A stretch of 64,000 bases of DNA from Harriotta raleighana (taxonomy: Eukaryota): positions 5,817,396-5,881,395 of the forward strand of contig JBNZDD010013700.1 in assembly GCA_050575255.1 (NCBI GenBank). The letters are read 5' to 3'. Positions 14,006-27,316 of this stretch are shown one piece after another. Under the pieces are notes generated by a model. That model saw nothing but the letters and a program-made list of their open reading frames with translations. It ran no database searches and had not been told where the DNA came from. Numbering within the stretch: the stretch's first letter is position 1; every line of letters begins with the position of its first letter. Both the position numbers and the translations under genes were made by a program.

Positions 14006-14368
14006 TCAGTTCAAACTGCGAGCAAGTCGGTATTTTTTTTGTGTTGCAAAATACGTATTAAAACGAAATGGTTGTTTGATTCACACGCTATACTATGAGA
14101 CTAGAAACTAGAAAACCCCTCCTTTATTTTTAAAGCAATACGATNGCACACCAGTGTGAGGAGGAGCATCAGTTCAAACTGGGAGCAAGTCGGTATTTTT
14201 TTTGTTGCAAAATACATATTAAAATGAAATGGTTGTTTGATTCACACGCTATACGATGAGACTAGAAACTAGAAAACCCCTCCTTTATTTTTAAAGCAAT
14301 ACGATAACGTTTTTTTTAATCTTAAAAAAAATCTGTTTGACTGTGAGTGAGTGTCTTGTGTGTTGTAC

Positions 14369-14585
14369 CTTCTGAGCACTCCCCCCAGCAGTGATGCGTT
14401 CAAACATTCAGGCGGGGATAGCCGCCGCTGAACTTCTCCCACCGTCACTTTGTACTTGGATGTGGAGCTGAGCAGTGAAAGCCTCCCAGGTACCGAGCAG
14501 AACACCTCATTAACATTAGTCACACCGCCGAGAAGATTGTCCTTATTCAGCATCAGGGAAGTGACCGACTTGTGAGGAACCGGAA
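14369..14585 (-). CDS. tfap2b: tfap2b exon 4 (start of basic DNA-binding region)
   Basis: (V)[15 protein letters not shown]...[46 protein letters not shown]. Acceptor tttcag|TT, donor AG|GTACAA. Confidence 0.97.
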
Positions 14586-16231
14586 CTGAAAAGAAGGATT
14601 CAAAAGTCCCAATTTAGTGACGCTTTATCTGGTCTGCTCAGATCCGCTATTTGGACGGTATTCCTTATCAGTGGAGGGGTAATCAGTTGCACTTCAGTCT
14701 ACGAGTAAAGGTATTTCCATAAGAGAAATAAAACAGCATCAATTAAAGCAGACTTTTTAAAAAGTGTTTGTGAAATTATTTTTCGACCTATATCTAAAAG
14801 CACATGGGATATTATTNGGGGGGGGAGGGATAGACACACAGAGAGAGAGAGATGTCATTGAATGATTCATTTATTGCCATTTCATTTTGTGACTTGAAAG
14901 TACAAACATGCAATTTATTATCGGCTACTGGCATTTCACACCGAAACTTAACTGCAGGAGTTATATTCAAATATATTTGTGCTATCTCTGGTCCATTTTG
15001 CCAGCAAAATTGTGCTTAGACGAGGTTGCTCTTTAAAATAAAACATTGCTAAAGAAAAATCATGAGAAACCATCTGATTTCAAACCTACATTATTTCAGG
15101 CCAATCATCTCTTAAGCACCATAATTTTTATTAAAAATCGGTTGAAATTGTCAGTGGATCCTTCTGGGAGTGACCAACAGTGACTGGTACAAGTTGGTTT
15201 TCAGTAGCTTTATCATTCGTTTGGCATAATCTATCTATAAATATATACATAACACACCTTATCATTTTAATAATTTAAAAATCAGGCGATTACAACCAGC
15301 ACAGAAAGCAAATAATGGAGATCAGGTCAACATTTTACTTCTATGCAGCAGTATATTTCTGGTTGTATGGTCATTACTGTAAATGTTGTAATACTTTAGG
15401 AGCTCTACAAAAACAACAAACAACAAGATATGGAGAATCATATCTTACTGAAGCGTGTTATTCTTTTTTAAAGTGAAGTTTGTTCGAGCCTCCCATGAAG
15501 TCGGTAATCCTTCCCTACACTGTGTTAGCTATTAAGAATATCTAGAGAAGAGAAATTCGCAAAATTCTTTAAAAATACATTATGGGGCGAGTTCACGTGA
15601 AATCTAAACATTTGACAATTGTTTTAGAGTTAATTTAAACCTGCTCTGGTGCATTTTTGCGGATTTAAAAATTCCACTGCGGCTACTGCACTAAACTACG
15701 GATTCAAATACCCGTAACCCGATCGCTTAGTATAGGGAGGTGTGTAATTGAAGCCGAAAGATGTTCACTTAGGAATTTGCAGCTTGGGTTACTTAACCAA
15801 CAGGAGGGGACAACAATACCAAATATGGTTATGGAGTTTAAAATCCCTGTTGATACTTGTTTGTTCACTAAACCCTCACTGTAATTTGCCTCGGAAAGCA
15901 GATAATTATGGTTAACTTAATGGTTAACATTTTGTTGACTTTTTTCCTTTGCCTTTGTATTGTTTATGCCTCATTTGTAGAACAGGATGCGATGATACAC
16001 CACTTCCAGTAACAGAACCATATGAGTAGGTAGATTGGGATCAGATTATCAGATTAAATCATATATGAACATAATTGAATTATTTCCACGTTCGCACAGA
16101 CATTGATGTCAGGGCAGAATCCGGAATGTCTGCAAACAAACAACATTGCTATTCGCTGTTGGGTCCTTTGTGATTTGCTGACAATGTGATGCCTTGACTC
16201 TAGCGGCGTGAGAGCAGGGATAAGAATAATA

Positions 16232-16565
16232 TATAATAATAATAATCCTTGCATTTGATATAGCGTCTCATCACGTTTTTCGAGACGTCTCGAGGCGCTT
16301 CGTAGAATACACGGTCAAATGAATTGACTGCATATGTTGTGGGCGAAACGCGCCAGTCGATTGCACACCGCAGTGTCTCACAATTAGTCGTGGATTGAGT
16401 GACCAATTCTTTCTATTTTTAAAAAATGATTACCCCCTGAAAAGTGCTCGGTCAATACGGGTGTGGAGTAAGGAAACTTGCGCAACGTTTCGTCCTGCTG
16501 GGAATCAAACCCAGGTCTCTCGCTTGCGAGGCAAGTACTTTAACCACTGAGATCCGATTCAGTCG
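16232..16565 (-). mobile_element. tRNA-derived SINE (tRNA-like head, partial Deu segment, L2-type tail, (TTA)n end)
   Basis: Minus-strand head CTCAGTGGTTAAAGTACTTGCCTCGCAAGCGAGAGACCTGGGTTTGATTCCC has A- and B-boxes. Same family as the copies at 17248 and 58972. Confidence 0.85.
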
Positions 16566-17247
16566 CACCTGTTGCAGGTTGGATTACAGATGTGGGCATC
16601 AATTCAAGCTAAAATTACCCGCAGGAGGTGGTTTTCCGGGTGGGACCGACAACCGGCGCAATGAAAGTTATCCGATAATTATAGTATCTATTTAACGTGG
16701 AAACTGCGTGCAATTGGCACGAAGGGTTTAGCAAAACGTGGCCACTGAAGTGTCCATAAGTTTGTTAGAGGAACTGTTATTAAAGAGTTAATTCGCGCAT
16801 TAGGTACCCATAGCAGGCAGGAGCTGAAACAGCCTAGCAGTAACATCAGCAATGCAATTCCCTCACTCTGTGAGCTTCAATAACTCCTTCCAAGCATCTC
16901 CCGAATGTGTCGTTATCATTCGGGTTTTAACAGGAACATGAACAGAACTAAAAGTACCGCACGCCAATGTAATGTGTGAAACTACAAACAAAACCTTGAA
17001 GACAAGGGTGTGTATGAGGTAGAAATCATTTTTTTTTAAGTTAACTTCTCCATGGAGTCAGTTCTATATTGATTCAAAACAATTTTTTTTAACCTGGCAT
17101 TGACATAGAGAAACTGCAGTGTGTGTGTCTTTCTGGTTTGAGATTCCTCGGCTGAGTGAAGAGCTGATACCTGGGATCACTTCCAGGCCTCAGTGTCAAA
17201 ATAATAGGCATTGACACGACCAACGATATCCACCAAAAACAAGCCTT

Positions 17248-17556
17248 ATAATAATAAAATAACAATCCTTGCATTGCATATAGCGCTGTTCACGTCTTCT
17301 AGACGTCTTAGAGCGCTTCATAGAATATACTATAAAATGAACTGACTGCATATTTGTGGGCGAAATGCGCCAGCCAATTGCGCACAGCAGTGTCCCACAA
17401 ACAGTCGTGGATTGAAATGCCCAATTTTGTTTGGAGGGATTATTATCAGGCATGTGGAGGAAGGAAACTTAGCCAAGGTTTCAGCCTATCTGGAATTGAA
17501 CCCAGGTATCCTGCTTGTAAGGCGAGTGCTCTCACCACTGAGCTACAGGATCCACT
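17248..17556 (-). mobile_element. tRNA-derived SINE, second copy
   Basis: Colinear with the 16232-16565 copy. Head GTAGCTCAGTGGTGAGAGCAC...GGGTTCAATTCC. Confidence 0.85.
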
Positions 17557-20500
17557 GTGTATGTGTCTAAACTTTATTATTATTACTTTTTCTTCAACTC
17601 ACAAAAATCATCTTACTTGTCAACGTTAGTTAAAACAAAAAAAATCAATACAATATCGACATTTTCACCAGCCAGTTAGCAGAGCTGTGTGTCTGTGCAC
17701 AATGTGAGTACCAATAGACTGAGAACACAGGCTGGGTCGGAGGAGACAGGAAACAGTGTGACTGTGCTTGCAGAGCAACTTGGGAACTGGAAGCAGCAGC
17801 TCTGAAGCCTATTTCCATCCAATAGCTCTACCCAAAGAAAATTCCTTCCCCAGGAAGTCTCTGCTCAGAGTTTCGCTACCTGATGGCAGTTATTCTCAGT
17901 TATTATTTGTTTACGTTATGAAAGTAAGGGGAGTTCACTGATCTCTGAAAACTGTAGGAAGTCCAGGAACGTGTAAAAAGAGTCTAAACGTTCAAATTTG
18001 CATCAGCTGCAAGAACATTAGAGTTACGATTCAGTCCTGCATTCAATTGATTCTCCCTTCGTTGTTTTTTAGTAATGGGAGTCATAATTGAATCGATCCT
18101 ACTTAAACAAGATGTATACATTTCAGGATTGATTTGACACACAAAATGCCTCTAACTGGTGCACATTGTGAAGAATAACTAGAAAAATACAATGGTATTC
18201 CCTCACATCAGTCCGAAACAAGCTAATCGAAGAATAACTAAAGTATAACTGAAACCAACTAGCCCATACTTTGTCTCTTACAGACCACCTAATGGTGTAA
18301 TTAAATTAAGAAAGAAAAATACCACAAAGACTGGCCTTGTTTCTGTAGCTGGTGACGGCGATATTTTATTTTATTATTTTTATTTCCCTCAAGATAAAAT
18401 ATGTTGATAATTATGCACAGAATCAATATTTCCCATTCGGTCCAGGTATCAAATTCTGCTTCAAGCAAAGATTTTCTTTAACAAATTGGTCAGAGTTATT
18501 CGTCACTTCCAGACAGTCCTGTTTGTTTTGATGAAACCCAGATGGGTTCTAACACAATGTCTGTTTTTAAATAATGTTGAAATCTGCGAGCTGAGCAAGG
18601 AATGGTGTCACTAATGCATTCTTTCCACTGACATAAAAAATATCAGCTTGTAAAAGATAAACAGAACGCCTATTCTGCCTGGTTTGAATCACGCTAATTC
18701 TGTTGGGTTGGGCATTATTACATCCCACTAATGTAATACAAATTAAAAATATAATTGTTAATGCTATTTAGTATTATTTTAATATAACTGGGCGACCCGT
18801 CAGCATAACACAACATTACAAGTTCGGATTTGGGAGAATATGAAGTGTGCGTTGATAGTCTCGATTTTTCTGCATCAAACAGGATTACTAATGTGTAATC
18901 ACCCACTTCAACTCGAGATGATGCACAGATTGTTTCACGCATCAATGGGTTAGGTCATCCTAACTATGAATTTATATCAATTCTTCCTACTCGCACGCAA
19001 GCACACAGACATGTAAGACAGTAGCACACACCTGGCTTGCAAATTCCAACTCAGGAAACTGATCTATTCATCGTGCATTTGTATTCATACAGTATAATTA
19101 CAAAGCCTATTATTAGTTCGTGTGCATGCGTTTGGGTGGGGGGTGGGGTCTGGGGGGGAGATTGATAAAAAAAATACGAATACTCCTTTAAACAGGAGGA
19201 CAATATATCGTGACTGCTTCATCCACATCTCTACAGTGCTTGCTGAGATATATTTGAACGTAAACACACAAACTGGAAGTTGCGAGCTAGAAGTTGGACA
19301 CGTTTGCGATATCTTTCTCGGTTCATGTTTAAAACGTTATGGTAAGTAGTTCTGGGAATAAACCAATGCATTGCTATGCAGAACTATTGTAAAAATCAGG
19401 TGATTAAGAAACAGTCGCTTACTAAACTCGAGTTATTAGCTCTCAACCTCCATCCCAACGCATCTGACCTTACTTAATACTCCAGCAATGACATTTACCT
19501 ACACAGGTCGTAATAACAATATTAGCACGTATTCAGTGTTGGTAAATTGCTAAAGGAACCCAGATGCAAATTGTTCGTCACAGTCTCACTGTTTATTTGG
19601 ATGAAGGGAGTTGACACTCTGGGAAAAACAAATGTTGGCAAATTTAAAGCGAGGACACAGTCATTTACATACTGAAGTATCCCGCAAACTTGCATCATAC
19701 GACCACATGCAACATTTGCATACAGAGTGCACATTTTCGCTTAGTATTGTGAGTGAAAATTGTTAACTGAACAAGTAAGTGTCCATAGACAATACATGGA
19801 TGTGCACCTCTGCCTTTTAATCTTAGCAAAGAAGAAATGACTGGTGTTAGACAGCCACACAGAAACAAGTAGTGCTATTGTCACTTCATAAAAATACCGA
19901 AATCTAGTGTTTAATATTCCGAGATTAATTGTGAATCAGTACAGGACTGGATCAGATAAACGTTTTCAATCATATTTATTAAAGTCTTGTAATATCACGT
20001 TGCTAATTTAGTTCAAAATATCTCCAAGGCACATTTGCGCGTTAATTCCTCTCACAAATCATCAATATGGAAAATAATGCTTGCTTCATTTGTTAATAAT
20101 TATGAACAGATTGTGCTTTGAAACGTAATTCTGCAACGAACTTGATAGCGTTCAAACGACAAGAGGAAATCGCAAATCAATAGACCGTGACAAAAACGCA
20201 GCTTGAAGCCTTCAATTTTTTACGTGTATAGAATGTACAACGCGCATTCGCTTCAGTGTGATTTTGTAATGTAATGCGTAAATATGTTGTGAGTGTATAT
20301 ATTATATATAGATATAGATATATAATTCGGTGCAATGCTAATAACTACGAAATGTTGCAGATCTAATGCAGATCTAAGCACAATTCTGACAGCAAGAATG
20401 TCAGCCATACACCGACTGTGCAAAATTTTCGATTCAGTTAAATCAGATATCCAAGAATTATCAGATTGTATCTGTACAATCACGTCACACGCACTTCAAT

Positions 20501-22069
20501 AAATATACTGCAAACGCATCTTATATACTAGGCAATGTTCACACGGCTATTGATCGGAAAAGATTGCTACACCATCTGTGTGTATACATGAACAGTATTA
20601 ATATATAATCCGCGAACACGTGTGCACATATGTAGAGGCAAAACATACGTATATGTTTGCGCGTAACTCTAATTGAAATCCAGTTCAAAAGTGACACGTT
20701 GCCTAGAGTGTTATGAATTTGACTTGCCAATATTTGATAATGCAATGGTGTCTGTGAGTAGACATATTGCTTCGAGTCAATGTTTGAGAAGCGTTAAACT
20801 AGCAATGAGATCATGCGAAGTTATTTTTGAAACACAATTTTGCAAACCTGCTAAAACCAATTCCCTATCTTGTAAATATATGACATCGCTGAAATGTTCA
20901 GACGATCAAAACTCCTCCATTCGTCATCCACTTATCTGTACACCCAGAACAAGTGTATAAAAGATGCAAACATTTTCAACCACTGGAAAAGTTATTGCAT
21001 TCAGTAAAAACGCCTGCTGAGATCAACAAAAGCAAAAATCCTTTAACGATTCTTTGCGTGAGCTCGATCTCACACAGCTTTGCTGGGTTTTTAACCTACT
21101 AATGCAGTACATCATTCTCGTTATCATGTTATTGATTGCTCATTGACTGCAGCCGCAAAATCATATTTACTTCCTTGCATCAATCTGTAGCAACAGAATC
21201 ATTTAGACACCTTCCGTTATCTACCACATTGAAATCAAAAGTGGGTTTTAATGTTGGCTGTAATGTTGCTGCCTCGACAGGAGCCACGGTCCCTGAGTAC
21301 TGTATTAATAGCTCAACGGGGGCTAATACGGAAAATTAGACTTAAACGAGCTCTAGAGATCCCTAAATGAAAGCGCCATTTATCACGCTGGCTACTTTAA
21401 CTCTCCGCGTTTGCTCTCTCTTCTGGGACCAACTCATTTCCTGTTAAGTAAATTACCTTAAAAAGTGCCGGGTCGCTATTCCCACACAAAATACGGCACA
21501 CTGACTTTTGACCATCTCGTTAACCCCAGTTTCAAAGCATAACCATCCTATATTTTACAATTAAATACTAATTGTAGCGTTTGCTTGGTTACCCACGCTG
21601 CATTTAACAACTTTGGGAAATGAACTCTCAATATAGGTCTTAATATATTCCCCTTTATGTTGTTGCTGGTTTGAATACAAACACGAATCTTCCCAGAAAT
21701 GTTTGCAGAGTGAATAAGTATCAGCTAGTAAAACAACGCTCTCCTGAAACCTATGACAATATTATATTCAAATGAATGTCTTATGTGATATATCTGTGCT
21801 ACGTCTAATACGGTTCATTTGTGACACTCTTTACACAGTGCTTGGTTGTTACCACATACCTACTGAGCTATCTATTGATATGTTAATTTTAAAGGAGATT
21901 CAATCCTAATATTAACATCACTTGTTTTAAATAAAAGCTATCCCCTTCAAAATTATTGCTTCAGTTTTTTTTTACTCTTTTGAGCTTACAATGCGTTTTC
22001 TCTTCCACCACCGAAAGCTATCTCATGCTATCCCTCATTATTGTGATCTTTCATTCACATGAATGACGT

Positions 22070-22071
<2 letters not shown>

Positions 22072-22122
<51 letters not shown>

Positions 22123-22248
22123 NNNNNNNNNNNNNNNNNNNNNNNNNNNNNNNNNNNNNNNNNNNNNNNNNNNNNNNNNNNNNNNNNNNNNNNNNNNNNN
22201 NNNNNNNNNNNNNNNNNNNNNNNNNNNNNNNNNNNCCCCCCCCCCCCC
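22072..22248 (+). repeat. poly-C tract spanning an assembly gap
   Basis: About 51 C, then an N run, then about 13 C. Confidence 0.9.
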
Positions 22249-25200
22249 ATCACCACCATCCCAGGAAGTACTTGAAAAGTGAAGTGCAGATGTTAGTAAA
22301 TTATAAAGTTAACTCAAGGCCAACGATAAAAAAAAGGCTCCTCTGTATACAGTTGAAACTGCTTGTGTATTTTCTTCAACTGAACATATGAATGTACAAA
22401 AAAATTGGCGGATTTGTTTCTGCATTATAAAGACACTTATACAGGAGTCACCACATATTTCAACCATCTTTGGAAACTTGTTACATCTGAACAGAAGCCA
22501 ATCTGAAATATGATCAGATCCGAGGACCTGGGTGTGTACGTGTGTGTGAGTGTTGTATGTGTGTGTGTAAGGGGATGGTGATAGTAGGGGGGAGGGGGTA
22601 TTGAGAGAAAGTGGGGTTCATTATTAAGATGACCCACTATAGAATGGGAAATGATTGACTACACACAAAGGGTTGCAGAAATTATATCTATTCCATGTAC
22701 TCAACCACAAATGCACCCACTATCTTGTAATGGCATCAATCCCAAATCTACACATGTTCATACACATCAATACTTAAATGGGTTTTAAAATTATTTTCAT
22801 TGGGAAAGGATAAATGGAAAATATATATTTACCAGTGCATCATACTCTGATGAATGTGCGAAAGACAGCTAAACGTATGGAAATACCCCAAGATGGATGA
22901 AGTATTAATGTTAACAGGACGCGGTCAAGTACCCAAGTTAACTATCAATGAAGTTCACTTCAAAAGTAAAATGTTGTCTGAAGTGATACGAATTCAGCAC
23001 GCCAATATTTTGTGATACATTGATGTCTGAAAATGGAAGTATTACTTCAAAGTAAATGGTTGAGAAATAGACGAAAAGAACTTGTCGCTAAGACAATATG
23101 TGGTTTGCAAACTGTTGGAACTTTTTCTTTTTTTGATCAGCTTGTCTCGCTGCTGTGATTTCCCATTGTTTCCCATTGCTTCATAAAACATGAGGGTAGG
23201 TTTTAAATCCGTCATTTTTCATTTTGTTTTTTTTGCAAATACAAAACAAATCCCCAGTGCGGTTCAGCACGCCTTACAATAAACATGGATGGTCTCATAG
23301 ATGGTTACGTTTAAATATCACTGTGTTCCAAATTAGAAAGGTGTTACTTTCATCCCAGTTAATCATTATAGCTTCGAACAGCTAGGGTGAAATGTTCGCA
23401 TGTTTAGTAAATGCCAGATGTTGTTGGTAAATCCAGAGACTCATATCACCCAGTGTGCCCTTTCACCAGGAAGCCTCGCCCCCTAGAGCATGGTTACTGT
23501 TTTTTTTACTACTGACAAACTTTTAGTAGTAGTTAACTACCAACACAGAATCAGGTCTAATAAAGTCACAAATAGAGAGGAAACACAGTCACGACCAAAC
23601 ACAGAATGTGTCCATCCGGTAATTCAATCGTTTTTTTTAATGTGAATCAGAAATTGAAACTTAATTCGCAGAATGAGAACAAGGCGTGCACTAATGGGGA
23701 CAGACTTAATCACAATACTAACAATACTAGTAAAATAACAATACTGTTATTGTTATTGAAAAAATGAGAGTGTTAAAAAGAAACATCATCGATCTTTTCC
23801 TATTCATTTGCCAACATTGCCCACGTCGATTAAACGATCAAGGATACATTTATGAGATATTTCATAGTTTTGTATTTCGAATTAATTTGGTTTTGTAAAC
23901 CAGCTCTGCTTTTCAGTGGTAGGATCCGATCAAAAAGAATCAGTGCTAAACGCAATCTTTTGATCATGGATTGATCTGTGCTGAAGATTTGCTGAGTTAC
24001 TCTCGACTTATGCACTCTGTTTACTCGAATTTTTAGATGGAATGTGTTTTTAAGTCTTGCAATGTTGCAAATACTAATTTAATATTTTGCTATCGAATCT
24101 AAGAATGGAAAAAAATTGAAATCCTCCGGAGCAAAAACAATAATGTTACACGTATACATTTATATATCACTATGGAAATACCAACTAACCTGTATTTTTT
24201 GGTTGTGAACTTTAATTGCAGAAAATATTTGCATACAAAACAGCACCAAAGCAACAGACTAGCGGTTAGATACGGTCATTACAGATCTAATGCACTTTCC
24301 ATCTGGTAAACAACTTGTAGTCTTCCTTATTGTGAACTGAATAAATAAACACGGGTAGTTCTATCGAGCACTGTTTCACTCATCCTTTTATTGAAACAGA
24401 AAATGTTCTTTAAATGTGATGGGGACAATTTGCATTAATGCACTTGCACAGACTATTTTAACTGGAGAGAACATAACCACTTTGTTGCAATTACTTTGTT
24501 CCTTCCTACTATCATTAATCATAATTTCCATACCGTTTTTAGTTGACAGTTTACTCTTATCCATCCGTGTATCTAAAGTCGCCGTTTCGGTGTTTCAGTC
24601 GTGTTTTTTGTGTTTCTTGTAAGACCAACTCCGTTTTGCCGAAGACAAAATGCTCTTTAAAAGACAGTTGCATTGCTTGGTTGGGATAAAGCTCCATTAC
24701 TGATAATGACTCGCACTTCTGAAGAAAGTTAATCGTAAGAGGAAAGATAACTGAAAGGACGTAATAACAGTAATAACTCGCAGCTGTGGGTTTGTTGTTG
24801 TGTTTTAGTGTTAGCTAGATTGAGTTACAAATCACCGTTTCTTTGAAGAGAAATTAAAAACATATTTTAGGGTTGAAGAGCCACATTTTAGAGAGTTCTA
24901 TGTATGGTTTCTCCTCGCTTTGGGGGGCAATTCAGAGTTTGGGAAGATTGTTGATTAATATTATTATTATTCGGATGGCTCTTTCTGACATTGAACCCAA
25001 TTATCATTTTTTTCTACACAAAAAAATGATTTTTATGGCCACATGCCTATTTTCTTACTTCTGATTTAGAAAGGTCAAGAAAGTTATTTCATTAAAATAA
25101 ATAATCCTCTATCGTCCATAGACATTATGCTTCGTACGTATTTAAAACGACAGATTATTACAATTGTAATTGCAGCTAAGCATTGAGGAATATGGGGACA

Positions 25201-25744
25201 TATATTTCATTCGATTCTTTTCTTTTAAAAAAAGATGTATTTTCGAAACGCTTGCAATAAATATTTCTCGCCCATCTGAGTGTCAGCCAGAAAGTTGCAC
25301 ATTTTCGTTAAAAATTCAACCGACTGCTGACACCACCATATCTGTTTAAAGAGAGCCCATGGAGTGAAAAGGGATCTGCTGTCTCTTTATATTCACCTGG
25401 TTACGTGACAGCTGAGAACATGCAGTTCCTGTCCCTCGTGTCTGATTTTATTTTAAAAAAACTGCTGATGGAGATTAGAGTAGGCTGATCACTCAGACGT
25501 GGACAAAAAATAGAAAGCTGGGCTGTGCACGGTTCACAGATCTTGCATTGAGATTGCAAGGTGCAGGGAATGTCAACATAACCACAACACACCAGCACAG
25601 GTTACCGCCCACAGGCGCTCCATTCAGTCAGTCACCAACACACAGCAGCAACGCAGAGGAGGGAAGCAAACCCACTCACCAGAGAACAACAGGAACTGAA
25701 ACCCAGGGCCCAAATGGGAACTGGGGCACAAGTTCAAACACAGG

Positions 25745-25890
25745 CATCAACGCCAGAGCTGAGCAGTGGTAACATCTCATGACAGCGCTCGCCCGCAAAT
25801 CACCCACTCGCTGCATTTTACAGGCGTAAACCCATGAAGCGCCTTCGGACGTCTGCCCGACGTGAAAGACGCCACACCCAATGTGATGCC
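25745..25890 (+). mobile_element. old SINE/L2-type tail remnant
   Basis: gaagcgccttcggacgtctgcccgacgtgaaagacgcc matches the L2-type tail seen across the window. Confidence 0.55.
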
Positions 25891-27255
25891 CACACATTCA
25901 CAATCTGTCCGCCCAATTGAAGAGAGTTACACAATGGTTAACCGTGTTCAAAATATAACCATAACAACCACCATCACGCTGAAAGAATCAACAATGCGAA
26001 TGAATAGGCAAATGACATACACCCCAATCTCTGACTGTAATAGGGCTCAACAACAAACAACTGCAACCGCGGGATATATAAAACTACTTACACCAAACAT
26101 TTTGAAGAATTATTACCTCTGTTGATTATGGAGGCAGGGAATTTATTCTGGGACACGCTAATGGCATTTTTGGAAGAACGCCACCAACCAAGAATATCAC
26201 ATCCTGTGCACTTGCAATATCAAGTTTAAATATCACATATCTGCCATTATCTACAAATAATATCCACACAGAATACTTGGCTGTATGCACCCAACATCAT
26301 ATACTGCTTCAATTGCATTGGATTTCATTTGAATGATGCAATCATTTCCAATATTTAAAGACAAAGGGCGGTACAGCTCTCTAGCATGATGAAATGTCTA
26401 ACAGGATTATCGTTATTTTTAAAATGTCTGCATATTGGTTTCTCTGGGTTTCTCAACATGTCTGTGTGTATTACAGTTTTGAAATCATTTGAAACATTTG
26501 AAATGCTATAACATATACACACTCAATTTGGGATCGTCTTTGTAAACTACAAGTTTTGGCCAATTTGAAGCCAGTTTAGCGAAATTGGCTACGAAATTTT
26601 AACTGCATTAAATCTGAAGCAATATACATCAAATCACCCCAGAAATTACAATAATTACTAAACAAACCTACAGAGAATAAATATTGTACATGTTATACTA
26701 CGGTGAACGTTTCGAATAATCACCATCTCCATTTAAGGGTTTTGATGAGTTTTGAGGTTTGTTTAATTTCTGCCATGTTCATTTTCAAACAGTGCTGCTG
26801 GTGCATATGTCCATACATTATAACGTGTTGTGTTCCATTGCCCCAAACAGGGGAATGTGAGTTCTCTATGCGTCACCCCTAAATTATGCCCCAAATTTGC
26901 CAATTTGGATTGAAGGAAATCTCCCTTTGGATTCGAACTACAAGGAAATCGGACCGTTTGTAATCACACAACAGAAAGCGTCATACACCTATATGTAAAC
27001 GAAGAATTGCATCATTGTCAGTCTGTTACAGCATTGCAATAAATGCTTAGAGAGTATCAAATAGTCGTACCACAGCATGACACGTGGAAGGGTCAGAAAT
27101 AGTCCGATTCATACTTAGCAAACATTTAGAACATGAAGTTACAAATAAAGTAATTCTATTATATTAGCTGTTCACATCACTGTTTGACTGGGAAAATCTC
27201 ATATGAACTGATCAATTCAACCGCTTATTTTAATGCAATTTTCCCCATTCCATAC

Positions 27256-27316
27256 CCTTTTTAATGACAGACTGGTCCAATAAGCTCATGCCACTGGTAT
27301 TCGTGTCATCCATAGC
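27256..27316 (-). CDS. tfap2b: tfap2b exon 3 (AMDDTNTSGMSLLDQSVIKK)
   Basis: 61-nt exon absent from the ORF track. Acceptor taacag|GCT, donor AAG G|GTATGG. The LLDQSVIKK motif is characteristic of AP-2. Confidence 0.95.

Noticed and set aside
16480-16565. tRNA-like sequences (also ~17480-17556 and ~59070-59140)
   Set aside because: They continue into a SINE body and L2-type tail and lack a proper acceptor stem. They are SINE heads, not tRNA genes.
22038-22391. Poly-Pro/poly-Gly ORFs and other X-filled ORFs (28.6-29.1 kb, 43.3-43.8 kb)
   Set aside because: Produced by homopolymer or microsatellite runs and N gaps.
22843-22880. CTGATGA...AAACGT hammerhead/Penelope-like motif
   Set aside because: Stem II is poor and the GAAAC position reads TAAAC. 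At most a decayed remnant.
23941-23990. DQSMIKR peptide resembling exon 3 (DQSVIKK)
   Set aside because: No GT donor at the expected position. The true exon 3 is at 27256-27316.
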